Notes: a model not told the origin generated them from the letters alone. Shown: positions 6,115 through 13,735, counted from the stretch's first letter. The stretch is 13,828 nt of DNA from a bacterium (GCA_020349685.1 CP070698.1:1833281-1847108), one strand, 5' to 3'. Made by a program: numbers and translations.

Positions 6115-7332
6115 ATGGCATTGATAAATTTCATCAATTTTACCGATATTGTTCTTAAGGAGACATTTTCCCTTCTTTTAGACGCCTCCCCTTATATCCT
6201 CTTCGGGATCCTGGTGGCGGGCCTGCTCAAGATGTTCCTGTCCACCGATTATATCGTGCGGAACTTAGGCAGCGGCCGCTTCAAGCCGGTTTTCAAGGCC
6301 GCCCTTCTGGGGATACCCATTCCCCTTTGTTCCTGTGGTGTCCTGCCGGCGGCGGCTTCCCTCAGAAAGCAGGGAGCGAGCAAAGGTGCTACCACGGCCT
6401 TCCTCATATCCACACCAGAATCCGGTGTCGACTCCATCGCCGTCTCGTGGGCTCTTCTCGATCCCGTCATGACGGTGGCGAGGCCTCTGGTGGCTTTCGT
6501 AACGGCCTTTACAGCCGGTCTGTCGCAGGCTCTTTTGGGGGAAAGCCAGGATGGTGTCGTAAAGAATGTGGACAACAGCTGCGCTGTAGACGGGTGCTGC
6601 GATGGATCGGACTGCGATCCCGTTGAACATAGCAACCACCATTCCTTCGGGGAAAAGCTGGCCGGAGGGATGAAGTACGCTTTCGGGGAACTGTGGGGAG
6701 ACCTGGCGGGATGGTTTGCAGTGGGTCTTCTCCTGGCAGGGGTTATCACGGCCATGGATCCCGATGAGCTTGTCACGGGCTACCTGGGCGGAGGACTTGT
6801 CGCCATGCTGCTCATGCTGGTGGTGGGGATACCCCTTTACATCTGCGCCACCGCTTCCACCCCCATCGCCGCCGCGCTCATTCTCAAGGGAGTCAGCCCC
6901 GGCGCGGCCCTCGTGTTCCTGCTGGTGGGTCCCGCTACCAACGTGGCCTCCCTCTCGGTCCTCGTGGGCATGCTCGGGAAAAAGGCAGTGGCGATCTACC
7001 TGGGAGCCATTGCCGTCGTCAGCGTTGTGGCGGGATTGGCGCTGGACTGGTTCTATGGACTGTCGGGCATCGCCGCCAGGGCCGTGGTGGGTCAGGCTGC
7101 CGAGATAATCCCCGTGTCCTGGCAGTACCTTTCTGCAGGTGTCCTGGTCCTCATCTCCATCAAGCCTCTCGGACGGACCCTCAGGGGGTGGCTGGGGAAA
7201 ATACGACCGGCGCGAAAGGAGACGGCAGCCGCCTCCTGCGGATGTGCTGGAGAAACGCAGTGTGTGGATTCCCTACCCCCGACCCCCGACCCCCGACCAC
7301 AGACCCCGGACCCTGGCTTGCCAGCCGTTTGA
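6115..7332 (+). CDS. Predicted metal efflux permease (SO_0444 / ArsP_1, DUF318 family)
   Basis: GIPIPLCSCGVLPAAASLRKQGASKGATTAFLISTPESGVDS and GIPLYICATASTPIAA...GVSPGAALVFLLVGPATN motifs. Multiple TM helices, a central Cys/His-rich loop, and position downstream of the ArsR gene. Confidence 0.87.
   Translation: MALINFINFTDIVLKETFSLLLDASPYILFGILVAGLLKMFLSTDYIVRNLGSGRFKPVFKAALLGIPIPLCSCGVLPAAASLRKQGASKGATTAFLISTPESGVDSIAVSWALLDPVMTVARPLVAFVTAFTAGLSQALLGESQDGVVKNVDNSCAVDGCCDGSDCDPVEHSNHHSFGEKLAGGMKYAFGELWGDLAGWFAVGLLLAGVITAMDPDELVTGYLGGGLVAMLLMLVVGIPLYICATASTPIAAALILKGVSPGAALVFLLVGPATNVASLSVLVGMLGKKAVAIYLGAIAVVSVVAGLALDWFYGLSGIAARAVVGQAAEIIPVSWQYLSAGVLVLISIKPLGRTLRGWLGKIRPARKETAAASCGCAGETQCVDSLPPTPDPRPQTPDPGLPAV
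7275..7316 (+). repeat. ACCCCCG-type heptamer array (6 units) inside the permease 3' end
   Basis: acccccg acccccg acccccg accacag accccgg accctgg, encoding PPTPDPRPQTPDPG. Confidence 0.85.
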
Positions 7333-7333
7333 T

Positions 7334-7379
7334 CTTCCGCAGCTTTACGCGAAGGCGGAAGCTTCAAGCAAAGGCTGGA
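7334..7379 (-). repeat. REP-like imperfect palindrome plus a degenerate tandem copy; related copy at 12575-12617
   Basis: Reverse complement of 7334-7359 (tccgccttcgcgtaaagctgcggaag) matches 12575-12600 (tcctccttcgcctgaagccacggagg) at 20/26 positions. Confidence 0.55.
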
Positions 7380-7390
7380 CAGTTAGACAC

Positions 7391-7419
7391 TAGACACTGC
7401 TTCCTCTCTCCCTTATAGT
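7391..7419 (+). promoter_or_regulatory. Putative sigma-70 promoter of carB; -35 formed by a CTAGACA repeat unit
   Basis: TAGACA 7391-7396, 17 nt, TATAGT 7414-7419 (5/6 match for each box). The -35 lies in the short array ctggaca gttagaca ctagaca ct (7375-7398). Confidence 0.55.
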
Positions 7420-7474
7420 CCTCTGGACGCCCTCCTCAAAGAATTGTCCTGAGACGGTCGGGGGGGCGAAATAC

Positions 7475-7579
7475 AGTCCAAAGCCCAAAGCCCAAAGACC
7501 AAAGGGGATGATCAGGTTTGAAGTTTGAGGTTTGAAGTTTGAGGTTTGTATTTAAAACCCAAAACTCAAAACTCAAAAC
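7475..7579. repeat. Three further heptamer arrays upstream of carB: (AGCCCAA)x4, (ARGTTTG)x5, (AAAACTC)x3.5
   Basis: 7475-7504 agtccaa agcccaa agcccaa agaccaa ag; 7514-7548 aggtttg aagtttg aggtttg aagtttg aggtttg; 7554-7579 aaaaccc aaaactc aaaactc aaaac. Confidence 0.9.
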
Positions 7580-7610
7580 AGGTTGACTCCAGTCAACTAT
7601 GGAGGGGTCC

Positions 7611-10600
7611 ATGCCCACTTACGACGACATCCGCAAGGTTATGATCATCGGTTCCGGTCCCATCGTCATCGGACAGGCCTGCGAATTCGACTACTCCGGC
7701 ACACAGGCGTGCAAGGCGCTCCGTGCGCTCGGGTACGAGATCGTCCTGGCCAACTCCAACCCGGCGACGATCATGACCGATCCCGGCATGGCGGACGCAA
7801 CTTACATCGAACCGCTGACCCTCGAGCGCATGAAGGAGATCATCGAGATCGAAAAGCCCGATGCTCTCCTGCCGAACCTCGGAGGACAGTCAGGCTTGAA
7901 CCTCTCCTCCGAGCTTTCCAGAAAGGGCGTGCTCAGTGAAAACGGGGTCCGTATCATCGGCGTCACGGTGGACGCCATCGAACGGGGAGAGGACCGGCTC
8001 GCCTTCAAGGAGACCATGAAACGCCTCGGTCTCGACCTTCCCAGGAGCGAGATCGCCCGCAGTCTCGAAGAGGCCGAACGGTTCGCCGCAGAGCTGGGAT
8101 ATCCTGTCGTGATACGCCCGGCCTACACCATGGGCGGTACGGGAGGAGGTCTCGTCTACAACCGGGAGGAGCTCGAGGTCATCGCGGGCAGGGGCCTCGC
8201 GGCCAGCCTCGTGGGCCAGGTTCTTGTGGAGGAGTCGGTCCTGGGGTGGGAGGAACTGGAACTGGAGGTCGTGCGGGATGCCAGGAACCAGATCATCACG
8301 GTGTGCTTTATCGAGAACGTGGACGCCATGGGGGTGCACACCGGAGATTCCTTCTGCACCGCTCCCATGCTTACCATCTCCCCCGAACTTCAGGCCAAGC
8401 TCCAGGACTATTCCTACCGTATCGTTGAGGCCATAGAGGTCATCGGGGGCACCAACATCCAGTTCGCTCACGACCCCGAGACCGGCCGCGTCGTGGTCAT
8501 CGAGATCAACCCCAGGACTTCCAGGTCCTCGGCCCTTGCCTCCAAGGCAACCGGGTTTCCCATCGCTCTCGTTTCGTCAAAGCTCGCCGGTGGGCTGGTG
8601 CTGGACGACCTGCCTTACTGGAAGGGGGGCACCCTTGAGCAATACGCCCCATGGGGTGAGTACGTGGTGGTGAAGTTCGCGCGATGGGCCTTCGAAAAAT
8701 TCCATGACGTGCCCGACAAGCTCGGGACGCAGATGAGGGCTGTCGGGGAAGCCATGAGCATCGCCCGGACCTACAAGGAGGCGTTCTTAAAGTCCATCCG
8801 GTCCCTCGAGATCGGTCGTTACGGTCTGGGTTTTGCCAAGAATTTCAATGAGCTCGGCCTTTCTGAGCTCATGGAGCTTCTCGCCGAACCGTCCAGCGAG
8901 CGCCAGTTCATAATGTACGAGGCCCTGCGCAAGGGCGCCAAGGTGGAGGATCTTTTCGCCAGAACCCACATCAAGCCCTGGTTCATCGAGCAGATGAGGG
9001 AGCTGGTGGAGCTGGAGGAGGAGATCCTCAAGTACAAGGGAGGCGTGCTGCCGGATGACATCCTCGAAATGGCCAAGAAGGACGGCTTTGCCGACCGGTA
9101 CCTGGCCATGCTGCTTCAGATCCCCGAAAAGGAGATCCGCCAGAGGCGCGAGGCTATCGGTGTCGTTCCCGGATATCAGGCGCTCCCCGTGAGCGGGGTC
9201 GAGGACGCGGCCTACTATTATTCGACCTACAACGTCCCCGATAATGTTGATACAAGCGGCCGGAAGAAGATCATGGTCCTGGGCGGCGGACCCAACCGCA
9301 TCGGCCAGGGGATCGAGTTCGACTACTGCTGCGTCCACGCCGCTTTCGCCATCCGCGAGGCGGGCTTCGAGTCGATCATGGTCAATTGCAACCCCGAGAC
9401 GGTCTCCACCGACTACGATACCTCCGATAAGCTGTACTTCGAGCCGCTGACGGTGGAGGATGTGCTGGCCATCTACGAGAAGGAAAAGCCGGAAGGGGTC
9501 ATCGTCCAGTTCGGGGGCCAGACCCCCCTTAACATAGCAAGGGAGCTTCTGGAGGCCGGCCTCCCCATCGTCGGGACCTCCCCGGAGGCCATCGACCTGG
9601 CCGAGGACCGCGACCGGTTCAGGCAGATGATGGAAAAACTGGGTATTCCCATGCCCGAATCGGGAATGGCCAGCAACATGGACCAGGCACTGGAGGTGGC
9701 CGGGAAGATCGGATACCCCCTGATGGTCAGGCCCTCCTACGTCCTTGGCGGCCGGGCCATGGAGATCGTGAGGGACGAGGCCATGCTCCGGGAGTATGTT
9801 TCCCAGGCTGTGGTCGTCACACCGGACCGCCCCATCCTCATCGACAGGTTTCTAGAGGACGCCATCGAGGCGGAGGCCGACGCCATTGCGGACGGCAGCG
9901 ACGCCTTTGTGCCGGCGGTCATGGAGCACATCGAGCTCGCGGGGGTGCACTCGGGGGACTCGGCCTGCGTCATCCCCCCCATCAGCATACCCGAAAAGCA
10001 TATCGAGACGATCGTGCAGTACACCAGGAAGATCGCCATGGAGCTTAACGTGGTGGGGCTCATGAACATCCAGTATGCCATCTGTGATGACGCGGTGTAC
10101 GTCCTGGAGGCCAACCCGAGGGCCTCGCGCACCGTCCCCCTGGTGTCGAAGGTCTGCAACATCTCCATGGCCAACATGGCCACCAAGATCATGCTGGGTG
10201 CCAAGCTGGCTGACATGAATCTGGAGCATAAGCGCATCCCCCATTACGGAGTCAAGGAGGCGGTCTTCCCCTTCAACATGTTCCCGGAAGAGGATCCGGT
10301 TCTCGGACCGGAGATGAGATCCACGGGTGAGGTCCTCGGTATGGCCTCCTCCTTCGGGCTGGCTTACAGCAAGGCCCAGGAGGCCGCCCTGTCACCGCTT
10401 CCCGCAGGGGGAACGGTCCTCATAACGGTGACGGACAGGGACAAGAACGCCATTTTGGAGGTGGCACGGAAGTTCTCGGAACTGGGATTCGAACTTCTCT
10501 GCACGGAGGGTACGTCCCGGTTCCTGGAGGAAAAAGGCATACCAAGCGGTGTGGTGAAGAAATACCACGAAGGGCGTCCCAACCTCGTGGATTCCATCAA

Positions 10601-10811
10601 GAACGGCCAGATACAGCTGATCATCAACACCCCCAGCGGGAAGACGAGCGCCGAGGACGACTCCTATATCCGTAAGGCCGCCATCAAGCACAAGGTTCCT
10701 TTCATCACGACGGCCACGGCGGCGCTGGCCGCCGTCCGCGGGATCGAGGAGCAGAGGAAGGAAAGGGGCGCCGTCAAGTCGCTCCAGGCGTATCACGGGG
10801 AGATAAAATAA
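7611..10811 (+). CDS. carB: Carbamoyl-phosphate synthase large subunit
   Basis: IIGSGPIVIGQACEFDYSGTQACKAL, NSNPATIMTD, MGVHTGDS, IEINPRTSRSSALASKATG, second half GGGPNRIGQGIEFDYCCVH and HSGDS, and a C-terminal MGS domain. GGAGGGG Shine-Dalgarno before ATG 7611 (1066 aa). Confidence 0.98.
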   Translation: MPTYDDIRKVMIIGSGPIVIGQACEFDYSGTQACKALRALGYEIVLANSNPATIMTDPGMADATYIEPLTLERMKEIIEIEKPDALLPNLGGQSGLNLSSELSRKGVLSENGVRIIGVTVDAIERGEDRLAFKETMKRLGLDLPRSEIARSLEEAERFAAELGYPVVIRPAYTMGGTGGGLVYNREELEVIAGRGLAASLVGQVLVEESVLGWEELELEVVRDARNQIITVCFIENVDAMGVHTGDSFCTAPMLTISPELQAKLQDYSYRIVEAIEVIGGTNIQFAHDPETGRVVVIEINPRTSRSSALASKATGFPIALVSSKLAGGLVLDDLPYWKGGTLEQYAPWGEYVVVKFARWAFEKFHDVPDKLGTQMRAVGEAMSIARTYKEAFLKSIRSLEIGRYGLGFAKNFNELGLSELMELLAEPSSERQFIMYEALRKGAKVEDLFARTHIKPWFIEQMRELVELEEEILKYKGGVLPDDILEMAKKDGFADRYLAMLLQIPEKEIRQRREAIGVVPGYQALPVSGVEDAAYYYSTYNVPDNVDTSGRKKIMVLGGGPNRIGQGIEFDYCCVHAAFAIREAGFESIMVNCNPETVSTDYDTSDKLYFEPLTVEDVLAIYEKEKPEGVIVQFGGQTPLNIARELLEAGLPIVGTSPEAIDLAEDRDRFRQMMEKLGIPMPESGMASNMDQALEVAGKIGYPLMVRPSYVLGGRAMEIVRDEAMLREYVSQAVVVTPDRPILIDRFLEDAIEAEADAIADGSDAFVPAVMEHIELAGVHSGDSACVIPPISIPEKHIETIVQYTRKIAMELNVVGLMNIQYAICDDAVYVLEANPRASRTVPLVSKVCNISMANMATKIMLGAKLADMNLEHKRIPHYGVKEAVFPFNMFPEEDPVLGPEMRSTGEVLGMASSFGLAYSKAQEAALSPLPAGGTVLITVTDRDKNAILEVARKFSELGFELLCTEGTSRFLEEKGIPSGVVKKYHEGRPNLVDSIKNGQIQLIINTPSGKTSAEDDSYIRKAAIKHKVPFITTATAALAAVRGIEEQRKERGAVKSLQAYHGEIK

Positions 10812-10815
10812 GAGA

Positions 10816-11017
10816 AGTGTCTAGTTCCAGTGTCTGGTGTCTAGTTTCTGGTTCTGGTTTCTAGAAGGTTTTCAAAGCGACGGCTGAAGCCTCAATCCAT
10901 ATTTTTTTTAATATTCTTTTCCTCTGCGTCCCTTCGCGTACTCTGCGTTTAATTAGTATAAACCGTTTTTAAAACAACAGCTCTTTTGCCAGACACCAGA
11001 TACTGGAACTAGACGCT
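10816..11017. repeat. About 200-bp element bounded by inverted CTAGACA-family arrays, with an internal CTCTGCG-type 9/10-mer array
   Basis: Left 10816-10864, right 10989-11017. The first 29 nt of the left arm match the reverse complement of the right arm at 26/29. Internal ctctgcgtc-c-cttcgcgta-ctctgcgtt at 10922-10949. Confidence 0.88.
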
Positions 11018-11048
11018 GAATCTTGACGGCATGAAGCCGCCGATTTTC

Positions 11049-12506
11049 TTATCTATCAAGCAATCGTTTCTCGCCGTCAAGATTCCTTATCTCCGTCACG
11101 TCCTGGCTGACCTCGAGGCATCCCTCGTATTTTCCGCTCTCGTCCCGTATGGCGAAGTAGCGTATGAGGATGAACTGGCCGCCCATCTGGATCCAGAAGT
11201 CGGCGGTGTCCCTGCTGCCGTCGCGGAAGCTGTCGAGGATCTCCTGGACTACATGAACGCTGGAGGGCGGATGGCAGTTCTGCACCTCCCGTCCGATGAT
11301 CCCGGGGCTGCGGGGGAAGATCCTCTCCGGCTGGGCCGAGTAATACTGGACCTTGTCCTGGGCGTCCACGAAGGTGATGTCCACGGGGAGGCTGGTGAGG
11401 ATGAGGTCCAGCTGTTTCGGATTGAGGCCCCCGGTGGACAGCCACAGGGGCGCCTCACCTCCGCCGGGGCGGGGCGGCGGGGCTTCGCTCAACGGACCTG
11501 TTGAGGCCTGCCAGCCGGTCTCGGGTTCTATGAGGGCGTACCCGATCTCTTCGCTGCCTTCGAGAACCCGTCCCCAGTCGGACTCTGAGAGGATCTCCAT
11601 GGCCATGGGAAAGAGGATGTTCTCCTCCTTGTAGATCATGTCGGAGATGATCGTCACAAGGGCGGTGCCCTCGCCCAAGATGATCTCGTTATCCCCGTTC
11701 TCGAGCCCTGTCCGGAGCTCCTTGAAGATGCTGCGGATATCGTCGTGCAGGGCCCACATGACCTTGGAAGGCCCCGTGACCCCGTGTTTTTCCAGCATGG
11801 GGAACAGCTGGTTTTCCTTCCTGAGGTAGTGTTTTTCGATCTGGGCCAGGTCCACGAACAGACCCTTGAGCTCCTCTATCCATGCCTGTCCGGTCTCCTG
11901 GTCCGGAGGATCGGTAAGCTCCTCGAGAAGGAACCGGATCCGGTCTGCCACCTCTCCCAGGGCCGCGTTTTCCTTGCGGAAGGTGTCCACGGGATGACCG
12001 GCGGGGACCTTGGGTGGTTCGGCGCCCTCGAAGGATTCCGCGAAGACCTGAACGTGGACATCGCAAAGGTTCTTGATCTCCTCGGCGCTGATCCCCTCCT
12101 TGATAAGAGACTGTTCCATCTCGGCGATCTCGGAGGCGGAGACCTCCCTGAGCATGGCGGCGAAGCGCGCCTTCTGCGTCTCAGGGGCGATCCCCTCGTG
12201 GAGGCCGCGGACGATCTCTTTTAACGATTCGATGCGCTCAGCCCGTTCCTCGGGCGTTTGGGCCGGTTTTTCCCCGGCGCCGGCAGGTGCGTGGATCATG
12301 GCCTCGGATATTTTTCTCGACAGTTCCTCGAAAGGAACGCCGCTTGTCTGGGCCGCGTGTTCGAGGGTGGCGAAGCGGCCGATGGTTTTCCTGAGCAGGG
12401 GGTTGCGAAGTTTCTTGAATTCCGGGGAAATGCCCACCAGGACCTCCAGGAGGTTGGGGTTCTCCTCGAGGAGCTGAAGGACTTTGGTGTTCTTGTCGAT
12501 CTTCAT
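11049..12506 (-). CDS. DUF1858-DUF438-hemerythrin-PAS domain protein (DUF438 family)
   Basis: N-terminal F.KLRNPLLRKTIGRFATL (DUF1858); EIAEMEQSLI...LCDVH (DUF438); GHPV...EN...HYLRKENQLFP...MWALHDDIR...MIYKEENILFP (hemerythrin HHE); LPVDITFVD...IIGREVQNCHPP (PAS_10). GGAGGT Shine-Dalgarno. Confidence 0.9.
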   Translation of the reverse strand: MKIDKNTKVLQLLEENPNLLEVLVGISPEFKKLRNPLLRKTIGRFATLEHAAQTSGVPFEELSRKISEAMIHAPAGAGEKPAQTPEERAERIESLKEIVRGLHEGIAPETQKARFAAMLREVSASEIAEMEQSLIKEGISAEEIKNLCDVHVQVFAESFEGAEPPKVPAGHPVDTFRKENAALGEVADRIRFLLEELTDPPDQETGQAWIEELKGLFVDLAQIEKHYLRKENQLFPMLEKHGVTGPSKVMWALHDDIRSIFKELRTGLENGDNEIILGEGTALVTIISDMIYKEENILFPMAMEILSESDWGRVLEGSEEIGYALIEPETGWQASTGPLSEAPPPRPGGGEAPLWLSTGGLNPKQLDLILTSLPVDITFVDAQDKVQYYSAQPERIFPRSPGIIGREVQNCHPPSSVHVVQEILDSFRDGSRDTADFWIQMGGQFILIRYFAIRDESGKYEGCLEVSQDVTEIRNLDGEKRLLDR

Positions 12507-12574
12507 AGGTCACCTCCGGTGGTGGTGATTGATTTCAGATCCCATCCGCTTTCCCTGGCGCCTGCCGATCAGCT

Positions 12575-12617
12575 TCCTCCTTCGCCTGAAGCCACGGAGG
12601 GCAGGACGGCGGACAGG
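12575..12617 (+). repeat. REP-like imperfect palindrome with duplicated 3' tail (ACGGAGGGCAGG ACGGCGGACAGG)
   Basis: Similar to 7334-7359 in the opposite orientation. The 12-nt tail is repeated directly (12594-12605, 12606-12617). Confidence 0.55.
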
Positions 12618-12657
12618 GATTCCAGGTTTCGAAAATATTATCAACTCTGATGGAAAA

Positions 12658-12699
12658 AATATAACAGATCTGGTGAGACCCTGCGTTGATGCCGGTCAA
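12658..12699 (-). promoter_or_regulatory. Class II FNR/CRP-family (HcpR/Dnr-like) activated promoter of the DUF438 gene
   Basis: TTGAT-gccg-GTCAA at 12686-12699 (centre 12692.5). Minus-strand extended -10 TGtTATATT has its -12 base at 12663, which puts the box centre at -41.5. Confidence 0.7.
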
Positions 12700-12709
12700 G
12701 TTTAAATGC

Positions 12710-12737
12710 CGCGATTCGTGACTCGCGATTCGTGACT
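12710..12737. repeat. CGYGAYT heptamer array (perfect 14-bp duplication), same family as 5970-5999
   Basis: cgcgatt cgtgact cgcgatt cgtgact. Confidence 0.8.
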
Positions 12738-12770
12738 GGTAAAACAGGTGATCCTGAAAACCGTCGATAC

Positions 12771-13577
12771 TCAGTCGATGCCGAAATAGAGGCGGACCAG
12801 GCGCTGGACCAGCCAGTCGGGCAGGAAGCGTCTTAGCTCCAGCAGCCGGGAATCGTATCCCACACGGTACCTGAACCGGGGTGAGCCGGCCCTCGCGATC
12901 CTCAGGACGGTCCTGGCGACCTTTTCGGGGTTTCCTCCTTTTTCCAGGTACCTTGAATACGCTTTTTCAAAGCGATCCTTAGGGATCGAGTATGCCGGCA
13001 TATTCATCGAAGCGGCCGCCCTGTTTTCGCGGATACTCGTCAGGATGAAGCCGGGCTGGACGACCGAGGCGGATATCCCGGTGTGCTTCAGTTCCTGGCG
13101 GAGTCCTTCCGTGTAGAGGTTGAGCGCGGCCTTGGAGGCGGAATAGAGCCCCTCGAAGGGCATGGCGAAATCGGCAGCCCCGGAGGAGATGTTGACGATC
13201 CGGCCGTAACCCCTCTCCCGCATACCCGGAAGCACGGCGTTGACCATGCGGAAAGCTCCGAAAAAGTTGGTCTGGAACTGCAAGACCGCATCGGTGTCAG
13301 AGCACTCTTCGAGGGCGCCGAGAATGAGATAGCCGGCGTTGTTCACCAGGATGTCGACACCTCCAGCCTCCTGCGTGACGGCCCTTATGCACTCCGTTAC
13401 CGATTGATCAGATCTTACATCGAGAGGCAGCAGCGCAACCTCCGGGATCTCCGGACACCGCTCCGGCTGGCGGCTCGTTCCGAAGACGCGATAACCCTTC
13501 TGTCCGAAGAGCGCCGCTACTTCGCGTCCGATCCCCGAGGAGACTCCCGTGACGAGAACGGTTTTAGGATCTGCCAT
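12771..13577 (-). CDS. Short-chain dehydrogenase/reductase (classical SDR)
   Basis: TGVSSGIG Rossmann motif, DILVNNAG, NISS, YSASK catalytic motif, QPG. GGAGG Shine-Dalgarno before ATG 13577 (268 aa). Confidence 0.93.
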   Translation of the reverse strand: MADPKTVLVTGVSSGIGREVAALFGQKGYRVFGTSRQPERCPEIPEVALLPLDVRSDQSVTECIRAVTQEAGGVDILVNNAGYLILGALEECSDTDAVLQFQTNFFGAFRMVNAVLPGMRERGYGRIVNISSGAADFAMPFEGLYSASKAALNLYTEGLRQELKHTGISASVVQPGFILTSIRENRAAASMNMPAYSIPKDRFEKAYSRYLEKGGNPEKVARTVLRIARAGSPRFRYRVGYDSRLLELRRFLPDWLVQRLVRLYFGID

Positions 13578-13638
13578 ACGCCCTTCCTCCCTTCTGAACC
13601 GACAGTGTAATACGGATCTACTCTCAATCAAAACTCTC

Positions 13639-13712
13639 TACCCCGGTGTCAGAGCACAAGGTGGGCAGGGAGCGAATACTGATCCACTCGTAATACCCCG
13701 GTGTCAGAGCAC
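13639..13712 (+). repeat. Two identical 19-bp direct repeats (TACCCCGGTGTCAGAGCAC) separated by 36 nt, upstream of the transposase
   Basis: Exact copies at 13639-13657 and 13694-13712. Confidence 0.9.
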
Positions 13713-13735
13713 TTTTTGGTTGGTGATGACAGGTT

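Noticed and set aside
7436-7618. 60-aa minus-strand ORF upstream of carB
   Set aside because: Its sequence (LSFEFWVL, LKLQTSNFK, WSLGFGLW) is just the translation of the heptamer arrays.
11025-11050. Intrinsic terminator between carB and the DUF438 gene
   Set aside because: Only a 4-6-bp stem, with a T-tract on one strand only; too weak to call.
13578-13631. 18-aa N-terminal extension of the SDR from TTG 13631
   Set aside because: A GGAGG site precedes ATG 13577, and the Rossmann motif starts a few residues later, as is usual for SDRs.
13639-13712. CRISPR array
   Set aside because: Only two repeats of 19 bp (shorter than typical CRISPR repeats), with no cas genes or leader visible. Kept as a transposase-associated direct repeat.
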